A stretch of DNA of 54,540 bases from an uncultured Parabacteroides sp. (GCA_900547435.1 URGO01000001.1:1-54540), one strand, 5' to 3'. Positions 11,234 through 21,630 are shown, counted from the first letter of the stretch. Translations and numbers: made by a program. Notes: generated by a model not told the origin, from the letters alone.

Positions 11234-11863
11234 TTAGAATATCTGCAATTTCAATCCGAAGGAGAGGCTGAGGTAATCTTTGGGCTTTAACGAGCGATTA
11301 CCTATTTTGTTAATCAGATACAGGTCGCAGGTACTCAGTTCATAAAAGAAAGAAATCGACTTATGCCAACTTTTGCTTTCATTCAGTTTCAGGGTGATAC
11401 GTTCGCCCACGAAGGCATGAAACCGGAAACGGGTAGAGAACCAATAATAACCGTCCGGGTATTTGTCGGGCTGTTTGCCCCAAAACTCGCGGTCGAGCAA
11501 AATGTTGATGTATGCGCCGCAAGCCAGAGGTTCGAACGAGAAACGGTCGCTCAACCGGATATTCCACGGATAATAATTCTGTTTGCAGGTAAAGGTAAAC
11601 TTGGCGTTATCGTCCACATAAGCGGGGATAAATCCCAGCAACACATCCGTCTCCCAATGCTTCCGGTAATAATCCCAACCCAATCCGGCAGAAATCATCC
11701 CCATCGAACCGGCAAATTGCAACTTGGTGTATCGCGGAATGAACTTCTCCCATCGGGCTTTATACTTCTCCAGACGTTCCTGATAACGCGTCTCTTCCTG
11801 CGCATGAAGCGGGAGAGCCAGTGCCAGGAGCGGAATCATCCATTTAATAGTCGACCGATTCAT
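11234..11863 (-). CDS. Hypothetical outer-membrane protein
   Basis: Signal peptide, aromatic-rich beta-strands, C-terminal Phe; overlaps the phosphoesterase stop. Confidence 0.7.
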   Translation of the reverse strand: MNRSTIKWMIPLLALALPLHAQEETRYQERLEKYKARWEKFIPRYTKLQFAGSMGMISAGLGWDYYRKHWETDVLLGFIPAYVDDNAKFTFTCKQNYYPWNIRLSDRFSFEPLACGAYINILLDREFWGKQPDKYPDGYYWFSTRFRFHAFVGERITLKLNESKSWHKSISFFYELSTCDLYLINKIGNRSLKPKDYLSLSFGLKLQIF

Positions 11864-12647
11864 ACGTATAAGCGTTAGGCGTTAGCGTAAATTTCAGATA
11901 ATTGCGTTTTCCCATATTGGCACAACCGTAATACATGATACCGTCTCCGAAGATATCACTTGCCTGTACCGAATGATTGTGCGCATGGAGACAAAACAAC
12001 AAAGCGGGAAATCGGCGGATATATTCCTGGAAAACCACTTTTACATTATTATTAAACTGGTCGCTTCCGGGTGGGGCGTGCATGACGACTATCGTCCGTT
12101 GGGCATTGTTCTTTTGGAGTTCGGAAAGAATAAATTCGAAGTCCGGCACCGGATTCGAGTAATCATACTCCAGCGCGTTGGTATTCAGGCAAACGAACTT
12201 AACATCGCCCGCTACGAACGCAAAATTATCCTTGCCGAAAAGTGCGCGAAAGACGCTGTCCCCATTTCCTAATACGTCATGATTTCCAATCAGTCCGACG
12301 TACGGAATCTGCAATTTAGAGAGAATATTCTCTGTCCAATCATATTCTGTTGTAGTCCCGAACTCGGTATAATCACCTCCATGAATCAGGAAATCCAGGC
12401 TGTCCTTTTGCTCGTTGATATGCCGGACGAAATCTTCCGTCTCGTCATAGCTCCGCTGAGTATCGCCGAAAAGGACAAAGCGGATGGTATCTTTCCCCTC
12501 CGTCGCCTGTTCGATGAGTGGAATGTTCGTCTCATTGATATGCGCCTCTCCGGCGGATAGTTGTCCGTCGTAAGGATGATAATCTATCAGTTCGCACGCT
12601 TGGAAAGCGAGCAGGCACAGCCCGTACCCTATGTATCGCACCTTCAT
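11844..12647 (-). CDS. Calcineurin-like metallophosphoesterase lipoprotein
   Basis: Lipobox FQAC; motifs GDTQ, GGD, GNHD, HAHNH; -7 box on minus strand at 12673-12680. Confidence 0.85.
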   Translation of the reverse strand: MKVRYIGYGLCLLAFQACELIDYHPYDGQLSAGEAHINETNIPLIEQATEGKDTIRFVLFGDTQRSYDETEDFVRHINEQKDSLDFLIHGGDYTEFGTTTEYDWTENILSKLQIPYVGLIGNHDVLGNGDSVFRALFGKDNFAFVAGDVKFVCLNTNALEYDYSNPVPDFEFILSELQKNNAQRTIVVMHAPPGSDQFNNNVKVVFQEYIRRFPALLFCLHAHNHSVQASDIFGDGIMYYGCANMGKRNYLKFTLTPNAYTYESVDY

Positions 12648-13119
12648 AAGTCCAAATAGTAAACTTTTCGTGCAAAAGTAGGGCTTTATCGGAAAACCGA
12701 ATTGGTCTGTTTATCGCCAAAGGTGGTGCTCTTTTTGACAAACCGGGTGGAAATCAACTATGAAGCAGGCAACTCTGTGTGTACTTTTTTGCTGAATTTA
12801 TAATTATTTCTGTAAATTTCCACTCAAATTGATTCATAATTAGAAAATATAGGGTATTTTTGCAACATCTTTGCGGGGAGGAGCCGTTGAAACGGTTGGA
12901 TAGAGAACAAAAGGGCGTATCCCTATTCTCTAATAAATATTAATTCAGACGATTTTGCCGGCTCTTCTTTGCGGATAGCGGAATTATGCTTTATTTTGCA
13001 CGAAAATGCAGGAAAATGGCATTGTATATATGTTGGCGAGTTTATCAGTTATGAACTCTAAGACTTACAAATGTGATATAAACAAAGTCATTATAACATT
13101 TTAAACTTACAGTAAAATT

Positions 13120-14811
13120 ATGAACAGAAAGTTTTTATTGCCATTCATTATGTTGGCAGCAATTCTGGCTTTTTCATCTTGTTCTAACAAGTTGAAACCG
13201 CTGGCTGAAGAGTACATCAAGGCAGAGCCTCAACCTCTGGAAGCTATTGGCGGAAAAGTACCTGTGACTATTAATGCCACATTCCCGGCTAAATGGTTCA
13301 ACAAGAAAGCCGTTGTAACTGTTACTCCGGTACTTCGTTATGAAGGCGGAGAAGCTTGGGGAACCGCTTACACGTATCAAGGTGAGAAAGTTCAAGGTAA
13401 CAATCAGGTAATCCCTTACAAGGAAGGCGCTAATGTTACCATGAAATCTGCGTTCACGTACAAACCGGAAATGAAGAAATCCGAACTGTATCTGACTTTC
13501 GACGCTAAGGTTAAAAACAAGACCGTTAAATTGCCGGATGTAAAAATCGGTGAAGGCGTTATCGCTACTTCTGCTTTGGCTGATGCCGCTACTGCAAACG
13601 CAGCCGTTGCTGCTGACAAGTTCCAGCGTATCATCAAGGAAGCTCACGATGCAAGCATCATGTTCTTGATCCAGCAGGCTAATCTTCGTTCTCAGGAATT
13701 GAACAAAGAAGAAATCTCTGACTGGAAAGATTTGGTAAAGAATGCTGACGAAGCTCCGAACCAGAATGTCGCTATCGAAATTCAGGCTTATGCATCTCCT
13801 GATGGTGGTGTTGAACTGAATACAGGTTTGGCTGAAAGACGTGAACAGAACACAGACAAGTATCTGGCTAAGGAATTGAAGAAGATGAAGGTTGACGCTC
13901 CGGTTGACGCTAAATATACGGCTCAGGACTGGGAAGGCTTCCAGGAATTGGTCTCTAAATCAAATTTGCAAGACAAAGACTTGGTATTGCGTGTATTGTC
14001 TATGTACAAAGATCCGGAACAACGCGAACAGGAAATCAAGAACATCTCTTCTGTTTACAGCACATTGGCTGAAGAAATCCTTCCGCAATTACGTCGTTCT
14101 CGTTTGGTTGCCAACATCGAAATCATCGGTAAGTCTGATGACGAAATCACAGCTTTGGCAAAGAACGATCCGAAGGCTTTGAACGTTGAAGAAATTCTGT
14201 ATGCAGCTACATTGACTGACGATGATGCTGAAAAGACTCGCATTTACAATGAAGCTTCTAAATTGTATCCGAGCGATTATCGTACTTGGAACAACGTAGG
14301 TATGATGGCATTCCGCGCAGGTGACCTGGCTAAGGCTGAACAGATGTTCAACAAGGCTAATTCAGTTAAGAACAATCCGGAATCAAATATGAACTTAGGT
14401 TTGATTGCTTTGACAAAGGGTGACCAGGCTAAGGCTCAGCAATTGTTCGGTAACGCAGCAGGTGTTGCAGAATTAAGCGAAGCACTGGGTGTTCTGTATT
14501 TGGAACAAGGCGAATGGGCAAAAGCTGCTAATTCATTCGGTTCAGTGAAATCTAACAACGCTGCTTTGGCTCAAATCCTGACTAAGGATTACAGCAAGGC
14601 TGCTCAGACTTTGAACGCTGTTCCTAATCCTGACGCTACTACTTCTTACCTGAAGGCTATCGTTGCAGCTCGTACTAACGACGCTAACGGTGTGGTAAGC
14701 AACTTGAAGCAGGCTATCGCTAAAGATTCTTCTTTGAAGAATGAAGCTGCTATCGATTTGGAATTTGCTAAATATGCAACCAACTCTGATTTCGCAGCAT
14801 TGGTTAAATAA
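13120..14811 (+). CDS. Conserved Bacteroidales lipoprotein with OmpA-like domain and TPR repeats
   Basis: Lipobox FSSC; AYASPDG...LAERR OmpA-like motif; C-terminal TPR helices. Confidence 0.8.
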   Translation: MNRKFLLPFIMLAAILAFSSCSNKLKPLAEEYIKAEPQPLEAIGGKVPVTINATFPAKWFNKKAVVTVTPVLRYEGGEAWGTAYTYQGEKVQGNNQVIPYKEGANVTMKSAFTYKPEMKKSELYLTFDAKVKNKTVKLPDVKIGEGVIATSALADAATANAAVAADKFQRIIKEAHDASIMFLIQQANLRSQELNKEEISDWKDLVKNADEAPNQNVAIEIQAYASPDGGVELNTGLAERREQNTDKYLAKELKKMKVDAPVDAKYTAQDWEGFQELVSKSNLQDKDLVLRVLSMYKDPEQREQEIKNISSVYSTLAEEILPQLRRSRLVANIEIIGKSDDEITALAKNDPKALNVEEILYAATLTDDDAEKTRIYNEASKLYPSDYRTWNNVGMMAFRAGDLAKAEQMFNKANSVKNNPESNMNLGLIALTKGDQAKAQQLFGNAAGVAELSEALGVLYLEQGEWAKAANSFGSVKSNNAALAQILTKDYSKAAQTLNAVPNPDATTSYLKAIVAARTNDANGVVSNLKQAIAKDSSLKNEAAIDLEFAKYATNSDFAALVK

Positions 14812-14834
14812 GTGATTTTTCCAATCCATCAAAT

Positions 14835-14867
14835 AAAGGTTCTTCCTTTCGAGGAAGAGCCTTTTTT
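14835..14867 (+). terminator. Intrinsic terminator
   Basis: AAAGGTTCTTCCT-ttcg-AGGAAGAGCCTTTTTT. Confidence 0.85.
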
Positions 14868-14884
14868 CTTATCATAGGATCTAC

Positions 14885-15829
14885 ATGAACACTTCAGAGA
14901 TTAAGGGCCATGCGGCGATGATCGGCGCGGAGACGATGTGGGGCCTGATGGCGCCGATTGGGAAATTCGTTCTTTCCAGTGCCGTGATTACGCCTTTGTT
15001 GATGACCGACTTCCGGATGATTGGTGCGGCTTGTCTGTTTTGGATTGCTTCGCTCTTTGCCAAGCCGGATCATGTCCATCATAAGGATATGCTGTCCCTG
15101 TTTTTTGCCGCATTGTTTGGTATCGTATTCAACCAAGGCTCATACATATTCGGATTAGGTATGACTTCGCCCATCAATGCCTCCATCGTAACGACCAGCC
15201 TTCCGATACTGACAATGGTTATTGCGGCTATTTACTTGCGTGAGCCGATTACGGGTAAGAAACTGTTAGGCGTATTTATGGGAGCCGTGGGCGCCTTGCT
15301 TCTTATTCTAAGCGGACATCCGTTATCCGGTGGACAGGCGGGGAGTATCTGGGGAGACCTGTTGTGTCTCTTCGCACAATTCAGTTTCTCTCTTTATCTG
15401 GTCTTCTTCAAAGGGCTGATAGGGAAATATTCGCCGATTACGTTGATGAAATGGATGTTTACCTACGCTTCTATATGCTTGATTCCTTTTTCCTATTCAG
15501 AGATAGTGCAATTAGACTGGAGCTTGTTGGATTATAAGCTGATAGGCGGTTTGGTGATGGTTGTCTTTTGCGCTACCTTTATCAGTTATCTGCTGATACC
15601 TATCGGGCAAAAGAGCCTCCGCCCTACGGTAACGAGTATGTATAATTATCTCCAACCGATTGTGGCCAGTATTATTGCTGTAATATGGGGGATGGATAGC
15701 TTTAATGTCCTTAAGATAATAGCGGTAGTGCTGGTCTTTACCGGCGTATTCTTTGTTACACAAAGCAAGAGCCGCGCGCAAATGGAAGCCTATCAGAAGC
15801 AATTGGAACAGCAGAAAGAATCCGTATAA
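14885..15829 (+). CDS. DMT (EamA) family transporter
   Basis: About ten hydrophobic helices in two EamA-like repeats. Confidence 0.85.
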   Translation: MNTSEIKGHAAMIGAETMWGLMAPIGKFVLSSAVITPLLMTDFRMIGAACLFWIASLFAKPDHVHHKDMLSLFFAALFGIVFNQGSYIFGLGMTSPINASIVTTSLPILTMVIAAIYLREPITGKKLLGVFMGAVGALLLILSGHPLSGGQAGSIWGDLLCLFAQFSFSLYLVFFKGLIGKYSPITLMKWMFTYASICLIPFSYSEIVQLDWSLLDYKLIGGLVMVVFCATFISYLLIPIGQKSLRPTVTSMYNYLQPIVASIIAVIWGMDSFNVLKIIAVVLVFTGVFFVTQSKSRAQMEAYQKQLEQQKESV

Positions 15830-16127
15830 AAAAGAAGAAACGGCGGAGCTTCACGCTTGGCCGTTTCTACATTTAACCGTTTTAAACAAAAAGAAAAAGT
15901 TAGCTAAGGTCAACAATAACCCATGTACTTAATCATTTTAAGATGATCATTAAAAAAATCATTCTTTAGATTAAAAAGGACAGCGAACAAAAATACCAAT
16001 ATAAATTGATATAAAGCAAGAGCTTCCTTTCTTTTTTTGTATTTTTCACATTAAACCCTCCGAATTCTTGTATCTTTGCAAGATATTTTTCCGATTAACA
16101 GAAAATTTCAGAGAAACAGAGTTTAAT

Positions 16128-17042
16128 ATGGCAGATTTTAGCGTACAGATATTAGGGTGCGGATCAGCGTTGCCGACGACCCGCCATGCCGCCTCTTCTC
16201 AAATTGTCGATTTACGCGACAAACTGTATATGATTGATTGTGGCGAAGGCACACAAGTCCAAATGCGCCGGATGCGAATTAAGTTCGCGCGGTTGAACCA
16301 TATCTTCATTACCCATGCGCATGGAGACCATTGCTTTGGTATTCCGGGATTAATTTCCACATTAGGCATGTTGGGACGGAACGGCGACTTGGTTATCCAT
16401 GCGCCTGCCCATTTGGAGGAGTATCTGCATACCATTATAAAAATATTCTGTCAGGGGATGCCCTTTCAGGTCCGGTTCAATCCGGTCAATCCCCATGAAT
16501 ATGGGCTGGTTATGGAGGATCGTTCCGTATCGGTCTATTCTTTGCCGTTAAAGCACCGCATTCCTTGTTGCGGATATCTGTTTGTTGAAAAGCAACGTGA
16601 GGCACATATCATTCGGGAAATGATAGATTTTCATCATATTCCCGTCAAAGAGATTCAATATATCAAACAGGGCGCTGATTATGTTACGCCGGAAGGAAAG
16701 GTCATTCCGAATGCTTGGTTAACCCGGCCGGCCGCTCCGTCCCGGAAATACGCTTATTGTTCCGATACGGCTTATTATCCGAAAATTCTTCCTTATATCC
16801 ATCAGGCGGATTTGTTGTACCATGAAGCGACCTTTGCGGAAGCAGATGCGTCACGCGCTAACGAAACGTTTCACTCGACGGCCAAGCAAGCCGCAACGAT
16901 AGCGCGTGACGCGGAAGTTAAGCAATTGCTCATCGGGCATTATTCGGCCCGTTATGAAGATTTGAAGCCGTTGCATCAAGAGGCCAAATCCATTTTCCCG
17001 GAAACGCTATTGGCCCAGGAAGGCATGAGTCTTTCACTCTGA
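16128..17042 (+). CDS. rnz: Ribonuclease Z
   Basis: ILGCGSALP, DCGEG, THAHGDH, SDT, HEATF, GHYS motifs; ATG at 16128; -7 box at 16071-16078. Confidence 0.93.
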   Translation: MADFSVQILGCGSALPTTRHAASSQIVDLRDKLYMIDCGEGTQVQMRRMRIKFARLNHIFITHAHGDHCFGIPGLISTLGMLGRNGDLVIHAPAHLEEYLHTIIKIFCQGMPFQVRFNPVNPHEYGLVMEDRSVSVYSLPLKHRIPCCGYLFVEKQREAHIIREMIDFHHIPVKEIQYIKQGADYVTPEGKVIPNAWLTRPAAPSRKYAYCSDTAYYPKILPYIHQADLLYHEATFAEADASRANETFHSTAKQAATIARDAEVKQLLIGHYSARYEDLKPLHQEAKSIFPETLLAQEGMSLSL

Positions 17043-18104
17043 TACGCCGATGGTAAGCTTGCCGTAACCTCCACCATCAAATTCAATGCTCCCGTTACGG
17101 CCATTGTTTATCTCATAATAATCCGAGTCGTCATGCTTTTCCCGGTGCGTATCTTTAAATCGGCGAGACACATCGCAATCGCCATACGCAATATCATCGG
17201 CTTTGACCTTGAAAGAGGCATTGAGCGGTAATCCGACATACAGATTGCCGAACTGAGAGTCCACTTCGATATAATCAAACTTCGCATCGGCTTTAGTTAT
17301 GTCAATATTACTATAATCCAGGCTCTCGCAATTAAGCCGCCGCTCCAAATAGCCGACCTTCGCTTCGCTATACTTAATGCTCGCATTCAATGTATTTACC
17401 TCTTTGATACTGAGCTGTCCGTACTTGTTTTTGATTGTCAGAGTACCTATTTTATTTATCTGAAGGTTGGAATATTTGCTGTCAATGGCCAATTCTTCCG
17501 CTCCATCCACAGAGGCTTTTCCGCTATATGCCAAGTCTAAGTTTCCCCCTGCCAGATATCCTAAAGTAACATTACTGTATTTGGCATTCAATTGCAAAGG
17601 CTGTGTAAAGCTACCCGCCTCCAGATTTCCATATTTAATCTCAATCGTACACAATCCTTTGTTCGACTCCGGCATTTGAATGTTACCATACTTCTGTTCG
17701 ATGTTTGTTGTCATCCAAGAAGGCATACTGATATAATAATTAATGGAGAAATTAGCGTTATTAAATTCTGTTGCTGAGCGAACCTCTGTAAGTCCCATAA
17801 TTGTCTTACCTTCTTTCTTCAACGTAATTCGAACACGTTCCAATATTTTTTGTGCCTGTTGTTCGCTTCTTGCTTTTGACTCCACAACAACCCGGAAAGC
17901 AACCTCATCTTTCTTCCAGTGTGTAATCGTTATGTTTCCGTACTTGCTATCCAAGAACAGATTGTTATCCGGCCTGGCAGCGAACGATTGGGTGTATTCT
18001 TTTTTGCGGGCAATCTCTTGATCTTCCGCCCACAACAAGTTAGTACACAGAAACAACATCAATAGTAATGTCGTTCCGACAGATTGTAATTTTCTTGTTT
18101 TCAT
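17034..18104 (-). CDS. Secreted beta-strand repeat protein (DUF4097/adhesin-like)
   Basis: Signal peptide and repeated (S/K)KYG/KYS units; third gene of the ECF operon. Confidence 0.65.
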   Translation of the reverse strand: MKTRKLQSVGTTLLLMLFLCTNLLWAEDQEIARKKEYTQSFAARPDNNLFLDSKYGNITITHWKKDEVAFRVVVESKARSEQQAQKILERVRITLKKEGKTIMGLTEVRSATEFNNANFSINYYISMPSWMTTNIEQKYGNIQMPESNKGLCTIEIKYGNLEAGSFTQPLQLNAKYSNVTLGYLAGGNLDLAYSGKASVDGAEELAIDSKYSNLQINKIGTLTIKNKYGQLSIKEVNTLNASIKYSEAKVGYLERRLNCESLDYSNIDITKADAKFDYIEVDSQFGNLYVGLPLNASFKVKADDIAYGDCDVSRRFKDTHREKHDDSDYYEINNGRNGSIEFDGGGYGKLTIGVSE

Positions 18105-18112
18105 ATCTCATT

Positions 18113-18622
18113 TTATTTAATCATTTGTCCATACAACCGTTGAAGGCTATTTAAACTATTCCGGTATTGCTGGTTGAGGGCAAAAACACCCTCATCCGAA
18201 CAGGGCAGTGTTGGCAACACCTCCCGGTCAAATTGCCGACAGGTATTTTGGATATGTTGCCCAGCCTCCAACAATTTGTGGGCTGCCGGACTATCCGACT
18301 GCAGGCTTTTTTCTTCCATCTCCATAAGGATTCCGTCCATCTGCATCACATAATAGGCACGTAATTCCGCCATTTCCGAATGTAATTCGCAAACATATTG
18401 TGCTTCATCAGACGTATTTTCTCCCAAAGGCAATGCCCAGTAAAGAAGCAGAGCAATGGCCGCAGCAATCGGAACAGTCACCCATCTCAACCAGCGTCTT
18501 TTGCTTCTCAAATCCTCCGCTTGTTCCATTTTTTTCAGAAACCGGTCCAAATCGCCAACCGGCAAGTCGTCAGTATCGAATGCTTCTCGGTTCTTATCTA
18601 TGAAATCTTTCAGTTTATCCAT
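18113..18622 (-). CDS. Putative anti-sigma factor, single transmembrane helix
   Basis: Overlaps the ECF sigma stop; cytoplasmic N-terminus, TM segment VPIAAAIALLLYW. Confidence 0.65.
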   Translation of the reverse strand: MDKLKDFIDKNREAFDTDDLPVGDLDRFLKKMEQAEDLRSKRRWLRWVTVPIAAAIALLLYWALPLGENTSDEAQYVCELHSEMAELRAYYVMQMDGILMEMEEKSLQSDSPAAHKLLEAGQHIQNTCRQFDREVLPTLPCSDEGVFALNQQYRNSLNSLQRLYGQMIK

Positions 18623-19154
18623 GCTTGTTTCGGTCTATTATATCTAACAATTTCTTCTTTCCTCGCAAATACTGGCTTCGGGCCGATGTCGGCCGGATAT
18701 GGAGAATCGAGGAAATCTCTTCCATATCATACCCCTCAAAAAGATAAAGGGAAAGAATCACACGATAGCCCGGAGCCAACTGTTTCAAGCCCTCTTTGAT
18801 AGCTGCTATCGAAAGTTCTATGGCTTCCCAATCTTTTGTGTCTTCGTCCGCCAAAGTGAAATTCTCCGGAAGCTCCTCCCAATCCGGAAGCATTTTCCGC
18901 AGATGGTCGATGGCGGTACGGACTGCAATCTGTTTCATCCAAGCTTCGAACGATTGTTCGTAATGATACTGGCTGATTTTTGTGAATATTTTCAGGAAAG
19001 AATCCTGCATAGCCTCTTCTGCATCGGCCGGATTACCTATAATGCGCAGGCAAACGTTATATAACCGTTTCGCGTATGTCCGGTATAACGTCACCTGCGC
19101 TTGTCGGTTTGCTCTGCTACATTCACTTACCAGTTGTTTTATCGAATCTTTCAT
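18615..19154 (-). CDS. ECF RNA polymerase sigma factor
   Basis: DAEEAMQDSFLKIF region 2, region 4 HTH. Confidence 0.9.
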   Translation of the reverse strand: MKDSIKQLVSECSRANRQAQVTLYRTYAKRLYNVCLRIIGNPADAEEAMQDSFLKIFTKISQYHYEQSFEAWMKQIAVRTAIDHLRKMLPDWEELPENFTLADEDTKDWEAIELSIAAIKEGLKQLAPGYRVILSLYLFEGYDMEEISSILHIRPTSARSQYLRGKKKLLDIIDRNKHG

Positions 19155-19195
19155 TCCTTCATCATCGTTCTTTTGCTTTCGCTTTCATTTATAAG

Positions 19196-19222
19196 AACGC
19201 ATCCATTTCTTCAAACGTTGCA
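19196..19222 (-). promoter_or_regulatory. Putative autoregulatory ECF promoter
   Basis: Minus strand TGCAAC-N17-CGTT upstream of the ECF gene. Confidence 0.55.
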
Positions 19223-19330
19223 TATTCCCGCGAATTTTTTTCGGGAAATTTGCAAATTTCGAAAGTAAAAACGCTTATGTGTGTGCTTGGGGCTAATATT
19301 TCTTTACCTTTGTTGGAAAATTGAAAAATC

Positions 19331-20464
19331 ATGAATAATTCAGCAGTATATGTTCAAGCTACAAAAGCAATCAAGGATGCTATATTAAGTAGCCAATACC
19401 GTGCAGCTTCTTATGCTAATAAAGAACAGTTGTCATTGTATTATGGTATAGGCAGATATGTGTCTGAAAATTCTCGTGAAGGGTTTTGGGGTAAGGGTGC
19501 TATAGAAACTATTAGCCAGCAATTACAAAAAGAGTTGCCTGGGCTTCGCGGATTTTCTGCTGCTAATATTAAATTCATGCGTCAATTTTACGAAACTTGG
19601 TGCGACGACTTGAAATCGCTAACTGCAATTAGCGGAATAAGTGAGCGCAAATCGCTAACCGCGGTTAGCGAAATTGACACTCAATTGTTGATTCCTTGTG
19701 AAAAGCCGGATAGAGAAGACTTTGACTTTTCTTCGTTTTTAGGACTGGGATTCACTCATCATATGATTATTGTACGTAAAGCTAAATCTCTTGCAGAGCG
19801 TCTGTTTTATATCCGTCAGGCTGTTGCGAACAAATGGAGTAAGGAGGTCCTGACTGCAAGAATCGAGGATGATTTATTTAAACATCAAGGAGAAATTGCT
19901 CACAATTTTATTCAAACTATTCCAGGTTCCCGTCAATCTCTAAAAGCTATTGAAATGTTTAAAGATGAATATCTTTTAGATTTTATTAATGTGGAGGAAC
20001 TTGCTGAGCGTGACAAAGAAGATATTGATGAGCGGGTAGTAGAACAGGCAATCATACACAATATAAAGAAATTTATCCTTAGTTTTGGACGTGATTTTGC
20101 ATTTGTAGGTAATCAATATAGGTTAGAGGTATTCGGGGTTGAACATTTTCCGGATTTAATTTTCTTCAATCGAGAACTGAACGCCTTGGTTGTTATCGAA
20201 CTAAAAAGAGGGGCTTTCAAATCTTCTTATTTAGGGCAGCTATGCACTTATCTCCGCTTAGTAGATGATCAAATGCGAAAGCCTCATGAGAATCCTTCTA
20301 TTGGTATAGTCCTATGTAAAAGTGCAGACAAAAAATATGTGGAATATGTCATTCAAGATTATGACAAACCATTAGGTGTTGCCACGTATAAAACATCGGA
20401 TGATATGCCTGAGAAATTAAAACGAACGTTGCCAGACATCGAAGAGTTAAAGAAAATACTCTAA
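19331..20464 (+). CDS. YhcG/DUF1016 PD-(D/E)XK nuclease family protein
   Basis: WGKGAIE, GFSAANIKFMRQFY, KDEYLLDF, DLIFF...VIELK, GQL..Y, ENPSIGIVLC; -7 box at 19305-19312. Confidence 0.9.
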   Translation: MNNSAVYVQATKAIKDAILSSQYRAASYANKEQLSLYYGIGRYVSENSREGFWGKGAIETISQQLQKELPGLRGFSAANIKFMRQFYETWCDDLKSLTAISGISERKSLTAVSEIDTQLLIPCEKPDREDFDFSSFLGLGFTHHMIIVRKAKSLAERLFYIRQAVANKWSKEVLTARIEDDLFKHQGEIAHNFIQTIPGSRQSLKAIEMFKDEYLLDFINVEELAERDKEDIDERVVEQAIIHNIKKFILSFGRDFAFVGNQYRLEVFGVEHFPDLIFFNRELNALVVIELKRGAFKSSYLGQLCTYLRLVDDQMRKPHENPSIGIVLCKSADKKYVEYVIQDYDKPLGVATYKTSDDMPEKLKRTLPDIEELKKIL

Positions 20465-20467
20465 TCG

Positions 20468-20528
20468 AAGGGGGTGTGTCTAATTGGAATTTTAAGAGTC
20501 TTTTCACGTATCGACGCACCCTCTTTTT
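20468..20528. terminator. Long hairpin between convergent genes
   Basis: AAGGGGGTGTGTC...GACGCACCCTCTTTTT. Confidence 0.55.
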
Positions 20529-20538
20529 GTCTGAAAAA

Positions 20539-21138
20539 TCACATTTCGTCAGAATCTTCTTCTGTCTTTATCTGTTCCAGGATTTCATTGATCCGGCGTT
20601 TGGTGTTTCGGTTATGGATAATTCCACCTATCAGCCCACATACTCCGCCAATGATTCCACCGGTCAAAAGAGGCATTCGTGCATCACTTTCTACAAAACG
20701 TAAAGATTCAATGACGAACCAAGCGAACCAGCAGCAGAGGAAAGGGATGCTGAATTTGAGCCAATTGGCCTTTGATTGCTTCAGGCGTAACAGTTTCCGA
20801 CTTACTTCTAACAAGTTTTTTTCCAAAAGATCCCTTGGCTGGATGAATTGTTGTTGGTAAAGCATATAGCCGATGGCAATCAAAAGGAATAATGAAGTAA
20901 TAATCCGGTATGATAATGAGAAGCCAATCATTGAGAATATCCAATAACAATAGGGAATACCCAATAACGCCACTCCGCCAATGACAAATAAATCTTTCCG
21001 GAGTTTTCCTGCTTTTTCGCTCATGGTACGGCGTACCAATTGGTCGTTGATAATTTTCTGATGGTCTAATTTGGATTTTAACAGATCCATTTGTTGCTTC
21101 ATTTCATCCAATTCCCAGTTTTTAAAATTCTTTTCCAT
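20539..21138 (-). CDS. Multi-TM membrane protein, putative anti-sigma factor
   Basis: Four hydrophobic helices; directly downstream of an ECF sigma gene. Confidence 0.6.
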   Translation of the reverse strand: MEKNFKNWELDEMKQQMDLLKSKLDHQKIINDQLVRRTMSEKAGKLRKDLFVIGGVALLGIPYCYWIFSMIGFSLSYRIITSLFLLIAIGYMLYQQQFIQPRDLLEKNLLEVSRKLLRLKQSKANWLKFSIPFLCCWFAWFVIESLRFVESDARMPLLTGGIIGGVCGLIGGIIHNRNTKRRINEILEQIKTEEDSDEM

Positions 21139-21150
21139 TTTCCTGTAGTT

Positions 21151-21630
21151 TTAATCGTTCGACATATTCTTTAGTTCAATCCGGATACGGAAGAGACGCA
21201 CCGAAACATTCTTCGTGCTGATTCCCACAATCGCACCGATTTCCTCATAACTGATACCTTCCAGCCAAAGCAATACGATAGCCCGGTCCAAAGGTTTCAG
21301 CCGGTGGATGCGCTGATAGAGTTGTCTGATTTGCTTTGATTCATCATCTTTGTCCTGAAACAAATCGATGTCCATACTGAGCGGAACCGTCTTGTGTTTT
21401 TTCTTTTTCCTCTCCGAAGAGATACAGGTATTGAAACTGACTTTCCAAATCCAGGTGTCGATACCGCTGAGCATCTTGAACGAGGAATAGCCTTTCCAGA
21501 GATTAATCAACACCTCTTGGAAGAGATCGTTCACCTCGTCCGAATCGTTGGAAAACATAAAACATACCGTATAAATGGTATTTTTATGCTCCTGAACCAT
21601 TCTTTCAAAATCTGTTTTTATTGTGTCCAT
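21151..21630 (-). CDS. ECF RNA polymerase sigma factor
   Basis: DLFQEVLINLWKG region 2; LEGISYEEIG...VSVRLFR region 4; upstream TGTAGT-N17-CGTCT at 21657-21684. Confidence 0.9.
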   Translation of the reverse strand: MDTIKTDFERMVQEHKNTIYTVCFMFSNDSDEVNDLFQEVLINLWKGYSSFKMLSGIDTWIWKVSFNTCISSERKKKKHKTVPLSMDIDLFQDKDDESKQIRQLYQRIHRLKPLDRAIVLLWLEGISYEEIGAIVGISTKNVSVRLFRIRIELKNMSND

